This document shows positions 28,872-38,486 of a DNA stretch of 61,921 nucleotides, piece by piece. The stretch covers positions 124,001 to 185,921 of the forward strand of contig NZ_MWQY01000010.1 of assembly GCF_002087085.1 (NCBI RefSeq), read 5' to 3'. The notes under the pieces are model-generated. The model had not been told where the DNA came from, ran no database searches, and worked only from the letters and a program-made list of their open reading frames with translations. Position numbers and translations under genes: made by a program. The number at the start of each line of letters is the position of its first letter. Position 1 is the first letter of the stretch.

Positions 28872-30584
28872 TTAGAATGTTTCAAATTCCGTGTCGATTT
28901 CATCCACCTGGGAAGAAACAGGAGTCTGGGTAAATTCATCCATGAAGATCCCCTTCTCCCTGGTTTTCCCTGCAGTTTTCCGGTTGCCATTGCTGTTTGT
29001 TCCGTGTTCCAGTGTTCCGGCATTACTGGTAAGCTGTCGTATCTCCTTTTCCGTTCTGGAGGAGGATTCGTTGTCGATTTTAAAGAAAAGAAGCGCCTCT
29101 TCCAGCTGCTCCGCCTGACTTGCCAGCTCAGTAGCGGTGGTGGAAATCTCTTCTGAAGCTGAAGCATTCTGCTGTATAACACTGTCCAGCTGGATAATAG
29201 CCTCGGTAATCTGCTCTGCACCGCTTGACTGTTCGTTGCTGGCCGCACTTATCTCCTGCACCAGCTCTGCAGTCCTGCGGATATTCGGAACGATACTGTT
29301 CAACAGTCGCCCGGCATTTTCGGCCACGGTTACACTGGATTCCGAAAGCTCGTTGATCTCCCGGGCAGCTTGCTGACTGCGTTCGGCGAGTTTTCTGACC
29401 TCCGCGGCAACGACGGCAAAGCCCCGTCCATACTCTCCAGCCCGGGCGGCCTCGATGGCGGCATTCAGGGCCAGCAGATTCGTCTGCCGGGCGATCTCTT
29501 CGATTATCGAAATCTTGCCGGTTATCTCCTGCATGGCACCTACAGTCTGAACAACTGCCTGTTCCCCCTCGGCGGTATCAGCGGCAGATCGGTTGGCGAT
29601 GCTTTCAGTCTGATTGGAGTTATCCGTGGTCTGCCGGATTGTCGCCGACATCTCTTCCATGGAGGAACTTACCTCCTCGGCGGAGGCGGCCTGTTCCGTC
29701 GCTCCCTGAGAGAGCTGTTCCGAAGCGGTACTCAGCTGCTGACTTCCGCTGGCTACATTTTCCGCGGAGATTTTTACGGATCTGACGATCTCCTTCAGTT
29801 TTCGGGAAGCCTGATTCAGCGCAGATACCAACTCGCCGGTTTCATCCCGGCGGTCAATATCAATCCTGAAGGAAAGATCTCCCCTGGAAATGGCGTTCGC
29901 CAGGGAGAGCCCTTTTCTCAAAGGAAGACTGATTACCCTGGAGATGAACAGTCCAAGAAGAATTCCAATAAGCATGCCAGCGGCCACAAGAATAATCATG
30001 AACTTGAGACTATCTCTGTAGGTATCCGTTGTGACCACGGCGGAATCAGCCGCGTTTTCCTCTTTAATATCTCCAAGCTGCGTCATGAGCTTATCGACTG
30101 CATCGAGTTTTTGCCGGCCGTCCCCCATGGATAGATCCCGGGACTCCCTCGCCTCAGCCGTCCCCTCCCCCAGGGCGATCTGCACAACCCGGGCACTGGT
30201 GATACGCCACTCATCAACAGCATTGTAGAGGTTCTGGAACATCTCCTCGGCTTCAGTTGAGTAGAAAAGCGGCTCGGCCTGTTTCAGCAGACTGTCCATC
30301 TCTTTAATGAAGGCACGATAATCATCATAGTAGCCCTGCTGTTCTTCAGCGCTTGGGGATATCAGGATATTCTTCTCCGCCCGGGTGGCATAAATAAGCT
30401 GAATGTTGGCCTCTTTTACGTAATAAAGACCCATCAATTCAGTTTCATACATGTAATCAGCCAGATTATTAATTTTCCCCATGTTGGAGATACCGATAAA
30501 ACCGACGAGCCCTGTTATGGCCATCAGCAACATGAAAGCGAGTATTAGTTTGTTCGCAATCCGCAGATTATAAAACCATTTCAT
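28872..30584 (-). CDS. Methyl-accepting chemotaxis protein (4HB sensor, HAMP)
   Basis: Two TM segments, [38 protein letters not shown]. Confidence 0.96.
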   Translation of the reverse strand: MKWFYNLRIANKLILAFMLLMAITGLVGFIGISNMGKINNLADYMYETELMGLYYVKEANIQLIYATRAEKNILISPSAEEQQGYYDDYRAFIKEMDSLLKQAEPLFYSTEAEEMFQNLYNAVDEWRITSARVVQIALGEGTAEARESRDLSMGDGRQKLDAVDKLMTQLGDIKEENAADSAVVTTDTYRDSLKFMIILVAAGMLIGILLGLFISRVISLPLRKGLSLANAISRGDLSFRIDIDRRDETGELVSALNQASRKLKEIVRSVKISAENVASGSQQLSTASEQLSQGATEQAASAEEVSSSMEEMSATIRQTTDNSNQTESIANRSAADTAEGEQAVVQTVGAMQEITGKISIIEEIARQTNLLALNAAIEAARAGEYGRGFAVVAAEVRKLAERSQQAAREINELSESSVTVAENAGRLLNSIVPNIRRTAELVQEISAASNEQSSGAEQITEAIIQLDSVIQQNASASEEISTTATELASQAEQLEEALLFFKIDNESSSRTEKEIRQLTSNAGTLEHGTNSNGNRKTAGKTREKGIFMDEFTQTPVSSQVDEIDTEFETF

Positions 30585-30692
30585 ACCCATTACTCCCCAC
30601 AAAATATATTTGTTGGAGATTATAGATATTGCCGAGTTATTCGTATGTAGTTATTATTTGACTAATTCTGTAGTAGTAATACTACACACGGC

Positions 30693-31328
30693 TTACAGGA
30701 GTCTGTGACGGATGGCATAGAGAGTCAATTCAGCATTGCTTGAAGCGTCCATCTTTTTCAGAAGCCGGCTACGGTACGTGCTGACCGTCGTAGAACTCAG
30801 ATTCAGCTTCGCTGCGATTTCCCTGATCTTGAATCCCCGGGCCAGTTGCAGCATTACATCAAGCTCCCGGTCAGAGAGGTAACTGTGAGGGTTCTCGCCT
30901 TCTGTGGAGGAAAAGGATTCCGCAATCCTCTCCGCGGTCTTAAGGCCGATATATTTGCGCCCCGATCCAACGCTCCGGATCGCCTTTATCAGTTCTGTCT
31001 CCACACTCTCTTTCGAAAGATAGCCGGAAGCCCCGGCTTTCAAAGCGCGGACTGCGTACTGTTCTTCCTGTCCTCCGCTCAGGATAAGAACCGGAACTGT
31101 ATTGCCCTCGCTGCGTAGCTGCTTTAGGACATCCATTCCGCTAATATCGGGCATCGCCATATCCAGAACCAGCACGTCAGGATCGGCCTCACGCACCTTT
31201 TCCAAGGCGGAGAAACCGTTCTCCGCCTCGCCGCAGACATTGATATCCCTGGCATTCTGAGCGATGTATTCGAGGCCGCGCCGCACGATGGGGTGATCGT
31301 CTGCAATAAGAATGTTGATTGTAGCCAC
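30693..31328 (-). CDS. NarL/UvrY-family response regulator (orphan)
   Basis: ADDH, VLD, GYLSK receiver; LSDRE..TVSTYR LuxR HTH. Confidence 0.92.
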   Translation of the reverse strand: MATINILIADDHPIVRRGLEYIAQNARDINVCGEAENGFSALEKVREADPDVLVLDMAMPDISGMDVLKQLRSEGNTVPVLILSGGQEEQYAVRALKAGASGYLSKESVETELIKAIRSVGSGRKYIGLKTAERIAESFSSTEGENPHSYLSDRELDVMLQLARGFKIREIAAKLNLSSTTVSTYRSRLLKKMDASSNAELTLYAIRHRLL

Positions 31329-31350
31329 TACTGTCTATATATACAAAGAA

Positions 31351-32871
31351 TTATCGCCCTTCGTCCACACTCTCTTCAATGCAAAGATCCGAGCCCCGGA
31401 TCTCCCAGCGCACAGCAGTCAGTTTATCCCGAAAAAACCGGTCATGGCTGATCAGAAGAAGTGCTCCGGGCCAATCGGCAAGGGCCTGTTCAACTGCCAT
31501 ACGGGATTCAAGATCAAGATGGTTGGTCGGCTCATCGAGGATTATCAGCTCCGCATCCTGCAGCAGTCCGAAAGAAAGCAGAAGTTTACGCAGCTCTCCT
31601 GAGCTCATGCTCTTCACATCGGCGAAACCCTCAGGATCCCCGTTCAGGCGGGAAAAAAAAGCCAGGAGTTCTCCTTTCAGCGGGTCGGAAAGCTCACCGT
31701 ACTGCTGCTGGAGCAGGAGAAGGGTCTCCCCGGAAATCTCCTGGGGTAGAACCAGCCAGTTATCTGATAACTCCCGCTTGGTGTGAAGAATCCTTCTGAC
31801 CAGGCTGCTCTTTCCCGACCCGTTGGGGCCGTTCAGGGCTATCCGGTCACCAGTCTGAATACTCAGTTCAGGATGACGGAGAAACCGGCCTCCCCCGAGA
31901 AATACAGCACCTTCCTCAAGACGCAGCAGCCTGCGGCCTCCGGCTGCGGCTGCCTTAAAGGTAACCCCGGTCTTCTGCTTCCCGGAAATGGCAATATTCT
32001 CAAACTTGAGTTCCGCCTTTCGGGCCCGCTCCTGCATGGTCTTATATAACCTGGCACCGACAGCATCCTTCCCGCTAAGACGCAGACCATCGACTTTTGC
32101 CTTGGCATCGTGATCCCGGGTACTCAGTCCGCGCTTGGAGAAGTCCCTGCGATGCCTGTCCGCTTTTTCCTTCTGGAGCTGAGCCTGTTTCTTCAGGCGC
32201 TTATACTCTTTTCGCTCCTGTTCGTAGCGTCGGTGAGCTTCCAGGCACTCCCTCTCTTCCTGCTCCAGGGCGCTGGAGAGGGGTCCGGGACGCCGCAGAA
32301 TTTTTCCCTGCCGAATAAACAGGCAGGCATCACAGAGACTGTCGACAAATTCCCGGTCGTGACTTACCAGCAGAGCTATGCCTCGGTACTGCCTGAGACC
32401 GTTCAGCAGCATGTCCCGGGCCTCCTCATCCAGATGGTTCGTCGGTTCGTCCAGGGCAAGGAATTCCGGATTGGCATGCAGTGCGACGGCCAGCTGAGCC
32501 CGCTTTCGTTCACCTCTGCTCAAGGTTTTCCAGCGCAGGGGCCAGTCGTAGTCCATTCCGAGAAGAGAGAACAGGCGTCCGGCATCCTTGTCGCCGCCAT
32601 ACATGGAATAGTAAAAATCGTCCAGCCCCTCAGGTATTTTTTCGGTAGTCTGGGAACAGTAAATCCTGGAGACCGGGGTGGAAATACTTCCTGTCCGGGG
32701 CGGGAGTTCGCCCATGATGAGGCGCAGCAGGGTTGTTTTTCCAGAACCGTTTTTGCCTGCCAGGGCGGTAAAACCAGGCGGGAGGGTCAGACTGAGTTTG
32801 CTGAAAAGAGGAAAGGGAGAACTATCATACTGAAAGCTTACATTGGATATAATAAGATGAGACTGGCTCAT
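31351..32871 (-). CDS. ABC-F family ATPase, possible antibiotic-resistance (ARE) ribosome-protection protein
   Basis: Two ABC domains (GKNGSGKT, GPNGSGKS; two LDEPTNHLD), no TM segments, long charged interdomain linker. Confidence 0.85.
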   Translation of the reverse strand: MSQSHLIISNVSFQYDSSPFPLFSKLSLTLPPGFTALAGKNGSGKTTLLRLIMGELPPRTGSISTPVSRIYCSQTTEKIPEGLDDFYYSMYGGDKDAGRLFSLLGMDYDWPLRWKTLSRGERKRAQLAVALHANPEFLALDEPTNHLDEEARDMLLNGLRQYRGIALLVSHDREFVDSLCDACLFIRQGKILRRPGPLSSALEQEERECLEAHRRYEQERKEYKRLKKQAQLQKEKADRHRRDFSKRGLSTRDHDAKAKVDGLRLSGKDAVGARLYKTMQERARKAELKFENIAISGKQKTGVTFKAAAAGGRRLLRLEEGAVFLGGGRFLRHPELSIQTGDRIALNGPNGSGKSSLVRRILHTKRELSDNWLVLPQEISGETLLLLQQQYGELSDPLKGELLAFFSRLNGDPEGFADVKSMSSGELRKLLLSFGLLQDAELIILDEPTNHLDLESRMAVEQALADWPGALLLISHDRFFRDKLTAVRWEIRGSDLCIEESVDEGR

Positions 32872-32905
32872 AGAACCTCCTTAAGGGCGGTTGATATGAG
32901 CGGCT

Positions 32906-33035
32906 AAAAAGTAAACAGCAGAGAGAAAGCGCCGCGTAATAAGGTGTTATTTCTCTCCGTTTACAGTCTCATCGTCTCTATTTATCCTCGTAGACAGGGT
33001 TATGCAATCTTATGCCGGCACTAAGGTAAAGTCAA
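32906..33035 (-). promoter_or_regulatory. Ribosome-dependent attenuator: promoter, 3-aa uORF MRL* (32972-32961) and terminator hairpin
   Basis: TTGACT-17-TAAGAT; ATGAGACTGTAA; GTAAACGG-AGAGAAA / TTTCTCT-CTGTTTAC followed by T5. Confidence 0.7.
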
Positions 33036-33049
33036 TATCCGGAGTCCCT

Positions 33050-33988
33050 TCAGGAGGGACCGCGGTAACGATAAAAGATTCCCCGTCTTTCGGAAACAGC
33101 TTCAATCCGACCTGCAGCTTCCAGAACCCCCAGGTACTTGTTCAATTCGTTTTCGTGGACGCTGAGTATTCTCACCAGGTCAGATAGGGTGCAGGGACGC
33201 CGTTTGAGGGTTTCCAGTATGGCAGATTCCATGTCGGTTCTGTAGGCCCGGGTTTTCTTCCGTACCTGCGGGGTTGCGATAATTTCCACGTTGTCCAGGC
33301 CCCAGTATTCGATGATTGTCCACAGGGTCTGGTCGTCAGCGGCCTGGAGTTTTTTAACAGCTCCCGGCCGATCGAGACTGTTCAGCTGAACCCTTTCTGG
33401 ACCGATGCGAAGGATGGACTTCTTCAGCAGGGTGAGATCTTTCCTGTTGTCATTATAGCCGGGCAGGATCATGACCTCGAGCCAGATTTTTCCTGAATAC
33501 TCCCGCCTGAAATCGACGAGTCCCTGAATATAGGTCTCAAGGTCCACACCCCTGTGAGGCCGGTCAATACGGCGGAAGGTCCCTTCCGAGGCGGCGTCCA
33601 GGGACGGGAGGACCAGGTCGGCGGGAAGCAGCTCTTCCCGTACTTCAGGATCGCTGAAGAGACTGCCGTTGGTCAGCACCGCCACCGGGATATCCGGATA
33701 GCGGCGCTTTATGACTGCCAGTACCCGGCCGATCCCCGAGTTGAGGGTCGGCTCCCCGGCGCCGGAGAAGGTAAGGTAATCGGGTTCCGGGTTGTCCTGC
33801 AGAAAGCTGTACAGCTCTGAGAGGACCTCGTCAGCCGGGATGTATTCCCGGCGCTCAAGGGTCAGCTTTGTCGTTATGCCGCACTCGCAGTAGACGCAGT
33901 TGAAGGTACAGACCTTGTGGGGAACAAGATCTATCCCTAATGACATTCCAAGCCTCCGGGACGGAACCGGTCCGAACAGGTGCTTCAT
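33050..33988 (-). CDS. Radical SAM protein (TYW1-like subgroup, function unknown)
   Basis: GPVPSRRLG.SLG, CTFNCVYC, GAGEPTL. Confidence 0.9.
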   Translation of the reverse strand: MKHLFGPVPSRRLGMSLGIDLVPHKVCTFNCVYCECGITTKLTLERREYIPADEVLSELYSFLQDNPEPDYLTFSGAGEPTLNSGIGRVLAVIKRRYPDIPVAVLTNGSLFSDPEVREELLPADLVLPSLDAASEGTFRRIDRPHRGVDLETYIQGLVDFRREYSGKIWLEVMILPGYNDNRKDLTLLKKSILRIGPERVQLNSLDRPGAVKKLQAADDQTLWTIIEYWGLDNVEIIATPQVRKKTRAYRTDMESAILETLKRRPCTLSDLVRILSVHENELNKYLGVLEAAGRIEAVSERRGIFYRYRGPS

Positions 33989-34022
33989 CAGACGCAGCTT
34001 CTATCGTACAGCAAAGACATGA

Positions 34023-34361
34023 TCAGAACTCCGTCAGCTTTCCCTGTCTGAAGGCCTCGTAGGCTTCCGCGACCGTCATGCTGCCGGCCCCGGTATAAAT
34101 CTTTATGTTCGACTGGGAGAGGGCCGTAGCGGCATTGCCTCCGGGACCGTTCCCGGTAATCAGAACATCCGGTTTGATTTCAAATAGTTTCCGGGCGGTC
34201 TGAGGGCCGGCCCCGTGAGCGACTCCGTCAATTTCACGGTTGTCGAAGCTCGTGTATTCATTCTTTTCTTCATCAAGAACAAGAATAAACTCGGTTCGTC
34301 CGAACCTTGGGTCCATCATCGATTCAGAATCTGTTCCCTTTGCAGTAAATGCGATTTTCAT
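34023..34361 (-). CDS. NifB/NifX-family (FeMo-co-binding fold) protein
   Basis: MKIAF..DPRFGR..HGAG..LITGNGPG. Confidence 0.85.
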   Translation of the reverse strand: MKIAFTAKGTDSESMMDPRFGRTEFILVLDEEKNEYTSFDNREIDGVAHGAGPQTARKLFEIKPDVLITGNGPGGNAATALSQSNIKIYTGAGSMTVAEAYEAFRQGKLTEF

Positions 34362-34374
34362 ATGCGTATGCTCC

Positions 34375-35253
34375 TTATGCATTGGCAGTATCGAGTATTC
34401 TGTTCCAGCAGGCGGATATCTGGTTTTTCAGTTCGCCGCTGTCCAGTTCTACTATTGTTTTTCCCTGCACCATGGCCCGGGTAAATGACTCGTCATAGGG
34501 TAAATCCGCCAGATGCCTGATTCCCGCTTCGGCAAGGAATGCCTTAACCTGCTCCGTGGTTTCCGGGTTCAGATCGGATTTATTGATTATGCAGCCCGAC
34601 GGAATGGAAAACCTGCGGACCAGTTCATGGACCCGCTTTAAATCGTGAAGCCCTGAGACCGTCGGCTCGGTAACAAAGACTACAAAGTCCGCCCCGGAAA
34701 GGGACGACACCACAGGACATCCGATTCCCGGGGAACCGTCCACAAGAACGATCTTGCATTCCAGTTCCCGGGCAATCCGTTTTGCTTCGTTCTTGACCTT
34801 GGCTACCAGCTTGCCGGAGTTCTCCGCCCCGATGCCAAGCCGGGCATGGACCATAAGTGTTCCGGTTTTGATCCGCGATTCATACCACTCGCCCACGTTC
34901 TGGTCTTCCATGCGTATTGCTTCCCGGGGACAGATCCTGGCGCAGTAACCGCAGCCCTCGCAGTTCAGGGGGATAACCGAATAGACGCCGTCTTTTTCTT
35001 CCAGAGCATCGAAACGACATACCTCGTCGCAGGCCCCGCATCCTGTGCAGAGAGCCGGATCTATGGAGGCGAGTACGCCGCTGTAGAAGTCCTCCGCCTT
35101 TTTGACCTCCGGCTCCAGCAGGATATGCATGTCCGCGGCGTCCACGTCGCAGTCAGCGGTGACCAGGGATTTTCCTCCCAGGACGGCGAAGGATGCGGTC
35201 AGCGAGGTTTTTCCCGTACCTCCCTTGCCTGATATTACTACTATCTCTTTCAT
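34375..35253 (-). CDS. MinD-superfamily P-loop ATPase with inserted 2x[4Fe-4S] ferredoxin
   Basis: SGKGGTGKT, CTGCGAC..C, CEGCGYC..CP, DGSPGIGCP. Confidence 0.9.
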   Translation of the reverse strand: MKEIVVISGKGGTGKTSLTASFAVLGGKSLVTADCDVDAADMHILLEPEVKKAEDFYSGVLASIDPALCTGCGACDEVCRFDALEEKDGVYSVIPLNCEGCGYCARICPREAIRMEDQNVGEWYESRIKTGTLMVHARLGIGAENSGKLVAKVKNEAKRIARELECKIVLVDGSPGIGCPVVSSLSGADFVVFVTEPTVSGLHDLKRVHELVRRFSIPSGCIINKSDLNPETTEQVKAFLAEAGIRHLADLPYDESFTRAMVQGKTIVELDSGELKNQISACWNRILDTANA

Positions 35254-36119
35254 CAGGCCCGCTCCTCTTCTGCCAGCCTCTGCAGAAAGGCGTCAATATT
35301 TTCGAGTTCCCGGGCAACCTCAGGCAGTGCCTGGTAGAGAAGCTCTCCCCGGGAATACATTTCCGCTATCTCCCGCCGGTTCGGTATCGCGGCGATAATG
35401 TCGATTTTTTCCGCCTCGCAGTAGGATCGTACATCGGCATTGCCAAGGCCTTCCCTGTTTATTACCACGGCAAAGGGCTTATTAAGCCCCCGGACAGTCT
35501 CCACCGCCAGCTTCAGATCGTTGAGGCCGAAGGGTGTCGGCTCGGTAACCAGCAGAACAAAATCGATGTCCTTTACCGCCTCGATTACCGGACAGGAGGT
35601 TCCGGGGGGGGAATCGTATATCTTGCATACATCGTCGGGAAAACACTCATCCACGTAGTCGAGGGTCTGAGCAATCAGGGGTACCGCCTGCTCCTGCCCG
35701 ATATCAAGGCGACTGTCTATAAAGTCGACGCCGTCTACCCGGTAGCGCCTGACCTCCCCCATTTTTACCGGGACCATGGGAAGAGACCCGGCGGGACAGA
35801 GCTCGGAACAGGCGTAGCAGCCGTGACACAATTCCGGAAAGACCATGACCCGGTCTCCCATCTTGATTACTGCATTGAAATTGCAGACCTGCTGACAGAG
35901 ACCGCAGAGGGTGCAGCAGTTAGAATCCCAGGAAGGTACCATGCGGTGCATCTCTTTGGACTCTTCCAGCCTTCCATGAAGAAAAAGTCCTGAATTCGGT
36001 TCTTCCACATCCAGGTCCGTCAGTACCACCGGACGCTTCCGGGCCAGATAGGAGGCCAGATTTACGGAGAGTGTGGTCTTTCCGGTACCGCCCTTCCCGC
36101 TGGCTATCGCGATTTTCAT
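35253..36119 (-). CDS. MinD-superfamily P-loop ATPase with inserted ferredoxin (paralog)
   Basis: SGKGGTGKT, CTLCGLC..C, CHGCYAC..CP, DSPPGTSCP. Confidence 0.9.
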   Translation of the reverse strand: MKIAIASGKGGTGKTTLSVNLASYLARKRPVVLTDLDVEEPNSGLFLHGRLEESKEMHRMVPSWDSNCCTLCGLCQQVCNFNAVIKMGDRVMVFPELCHGCYACSELCPAGSLPMVPVKMGEVRRYRVDGVDFIDSRLDIGQEQAVPLIAQTLDYVDECFPDDVCKIYDSPPGTSCPVIEAVKDIDFVLLVTEPTPFGLNDLKLAVETVRGLNKPFAVVINREGLGNADVRSYCEAEKIDIIAAIPNRREIAEMYSRGELLYQALPEVARELENIDAFLQRLAEEERA

Positions 36120-36121
36120 CC

Positions 36122-36364
36122 TCAGCCTTTCCGCCTGTGGTTGTACAGTTCTTCCCGGACCATGGTGTGGCCGCACTTGGGGCATTTGATTTGTGTGCAG
36201 GAGACTCCCTGCTGATGGGCAACCGTGGTTCCGCACTTTACGCAGATACAGCTGCCGCCGGGACCATAGGCGCCACCGCTGTTTCGGCCCCGTCTGTTGA
36301 AACCCAGACCCCGTCCTGTTCCGGCACCCGTTCCGTCGGGTCCCGTACCATCACCTCTCGGCAT
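36122..36364 (-). CDS. DUF5320-like Gly-rich protein with a C-terminal zinc ribbon
   Basis: MPRGDGTGP..TGRGLG; CICVKC..C..CPKC. Confidence 0.75.
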   Translation of the reverse strand: MPRGDGTGPDGTGAGTGRGLGFNRRGRNSGGAYGPGGSCICVKCGTTVAHQQGVSCTQIKCPKCGHTMVREELYNHRRKG

Positions 36365-36824
36365 TATCTTCCTCTCCCATTTCCCGGCCGTACTGCCGGC
36401 AGCAATTTCCATGTCCGAAACCATCGGCCATATCCTCTATATCAGCAGAACCGCAGATCGGGCAGACTGGAAGCTCGCCGTCAAAGCCTGAACTGAATAA
36501 TTCGCCACAGCTGAGACAGCGCATCAGGTTCCTCCGGAAATGAACACAGCCGCCCTCTATACAAAGCTCCCTGCCCTCCACCAGAAAGGCGGCGACTTTT
36601 TTCCGGGCCCTTTCCAGAAGCCGGGTAAAGGTGGAGCGGGAAATTTCCATCTGCAGAGCCGCCTCTTCATGTTCCAGCTGCAGATAATCGGCGAGCCGCA
36701 CCGCTTCATACTCATCCAGAGAGAGAGCTATCTGCTCAAGCCCCCGTTTGCGTATTCCCGTGGGTTTGAATGAAGAGTAGAGAGGGGGCTTGCTGACGAT
36801 TCTGTTCTTCTGCGGCCGGGGCAC
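36351..36824 (-). CDS. DUF134 (UPF0251) predicted DNA-binding protein with a zinc ribbon
   Basis: MPRP, DEYEAVRLADY, MEISRSTF..L..AR.K, CLSC..CPIC. Confidence 0.88.
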   Translation of the reverse strand: MPRPQKNRIVSKPPLYSSFKPTGIRKRGLEQIALSLDEYEAVRLADYLQLEHEEAALQMEISRSTFTRLLERARKKVAAFLVEGRELCIEGGCVHFRRNLMRCLSCGELFSSGFDGELPVCPICGSADIEDMADGFGHGNCCRQYGREMGEEDNAER

Positions 36825-36859
36825 GATATCCTCCAGGGGTCATTACCTGACAAGCATAT

Positions 36860-36873
36860 TGCACATATGTGCA
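36860..36873. promoter_or_regulatory. Perfect 14-bp palindrome in the DUF134 promoter (candidate operator)
   Basis: TGCACATATGTGCA between minus-strand TTGACA (36882-36877) and TATGCT. Confidence 0.6.
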
Positions 36874-36963
36874 TAATGTCAAGACAGGAACTTCTTTATC
36901 TGTGTTTGATTATTTGATTTCCCTTCGTATCCTTCTTATTTTATGAGACAGGAGGTCATATTT

Positions 36964-37530
36964 ATGAGAAAACATATGTGCCTCAAACCCCGGGGATGTC
37001 TGATGATAGAGCATCGCCTGATTGAACGAGCAATAGAGATCCTGGCGGTTGAGAGGGACCGCTTGAAGGCCGGTGGAACCCTGGATCCGGTGTTCATTGA
37101 CAAGATGGTGGATTTTATCCGCACCTACGCGGACCGCACACACCATGGTAAAGAGGAGGATATTCTCTTTGAGAGTCTTGAAAGCAAGGATCTGTCCCAG
37201 GAAGAAAAAGACCTCATGCGTGAACTTATCGACGAGCACAAATACGGCCGCAAACTGACAGAGCAGCTGGTAAGGTCAAAAGAGGCTGTTCTGGAAGGGG
37301 ATAAGGCTCAGCTCGAGAGCTTACTGGATGCGGTGAACAAACTTGTCGAGTTCTACCCCGAGCATATACGCAAAGAGGATGAGCGTTTCTTTCCCGATAC
37401 GGAACGGCACTACGACAAAGAGGAACTCGACGCCATGCTGCGGGAGTTTTATGACTTTGACATGCAGATGATCCACGAGAAGTACCGCAAAACCGTGGAG
37501 AGCATCGAGGAAGAAAAAGAAAGCGTATAG
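36964..37530 (+). CDS. Hemerythrin-domain protein (start uncertain)
   Basis: EH, HHGKEE.ILF, EH..GR, HIRKED. Confidence 0.88.
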   Translation: MRKHMCLKPRGCLMIEHRLIERAIEILAVERDRLKAGGTLDPVFIDKMVDFIRTYADRTHHGKEEDILFESLESKDLSQEEKDLMRELIDEHKYGRKLTEQLVRSKEAVLEGDKAQLESLLDAVNKLVEFYPEHIRKEDERFFPDTERHYDKEELDAMLREFYDFDMQMIHEKYRKTVESIEEEKESV

Positions 37531-37537
37531 CCGTATT

Positions 37538-37966
37538 TCAGGTCTTTTTCAGCTCTTCATCAATAAGCTTTTCGAGGATGCCGCCGATCCGCGCGATTAC
37601 GTTGTGGCATCCGATTACCTCGTCGCGGTACATCTCTTTTAAACGGTCGCAGTCAGTTGAGCCAAGCTCATCCTGGACCCGGTTAAAGAGTTTCCGGTTG
37701 ATCTCTTTAAAGCGCTCGTCAACCTTGGCCCGGTCTTTAACAAAAATGGTACTGATGGCCATGATGCCGCCGGTTATTGCTCCACAGCTCTTCTCCACTC
37801 CCATGCCGCCGCCGAAAGCCGCCGAGAGCTTGAGAGCTTCCGGCGGCAGCTTGAGCTGATAGGCCTGGTTCGCGGCGAAGAGTATGGTTTCAGCGCAGTT
37901 CAGGTTTTCCCTCCCTGCGAGTCCGGCGTTGACTATGTCCTGAATCGATTCTTTTTTCCGAATCAT
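37538..37966 (-). CDS. C-GCAxxG-C-C family putative redox protein
   Basis: NCAE, FGGGMG..CGAITG, C..L, C. Confidence 0.85.
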   Translation of the reverse strand: MIRKKESIQDIVNAGLAGRENLNCAETILFAANQAYQLKLPPEALKLSAAFGGGMGVEKSCGAITGGIMAISTIFVKDRAKVDERFKEINRKLFNRVQDELGSTDCDRLKEMYRDEVIGCHNVIARIGGILEKLIDEELKKT

Positions 37967-38006
37967 GGAGATAAGTGTAATCCATGAAGCGGCAGAGCTC
38001 AATAGC

Positions 38007-38393
38007 TCAGGCCAGCCGGTCGGCTCCGGAATAGACCTCTTCAACAGTCAGATAGAAGGCCGCTTTGGGAGTCATCTGAGGGTGCTTTACATGGACCCAG
38101 TCCACGACCTCCTGGTACCTGGCACCATCAAGAGCGCAATCCACCGTACCTTTGATCTGATAAGACTTTCGCGTATCCGGATCCAGCACAACCACGCTTA
38201 ATCGCGGATTCTCTTCCAGGTTCTTCCGGGTCTTCTGAAACTTGTTGTCCGCCACCACCATGGTCTGATCGTCAAGGGCTTTGACATAGGTCACGTACAC
38301 AATATTCGGAACGCCGTCGGCGCTGGATGTGGCAATACAGGTGGGATTTGTCTTTTCGATAGCAGTAAGCACTTCTGTCGGCAATTTGGCCAT
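38007..38393 (-). CDS. Pyridoxamine 5'-phosphate oxidase-like FMN-binding protein
   Basis: ATSSADGVPN, KTRKNLEENP, YQIKG. Confidence 0.85.
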   Translation of the reverse strand: MAKLPTEVLTAIEKTNPTCIATSSADGVPNIVYVTYVKALDDQTMVVADNKFQKTRKNLEENPRLSVVVLDPDTRKSYQIKGTVDCALDGARYQEVVDWVHVKHPQMTPKAAFYLTVEEVYSGADRLA

Positions 38394-38486
38394 GGGGACT
38401 CCTTGTTGATATTTATTCTCATTGCATTCTACAGGGAGCGCTGCTATGAATCAAGATAGAGTGTTTCGAAACTTAGTGACAGGTCT

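Noticed and set aside
34023..34361. Nitrogen fixation gene cluster
   Set aside because: A NifX-like fold alone is not diagnostic, and there is no nifHDK or nifEN here.
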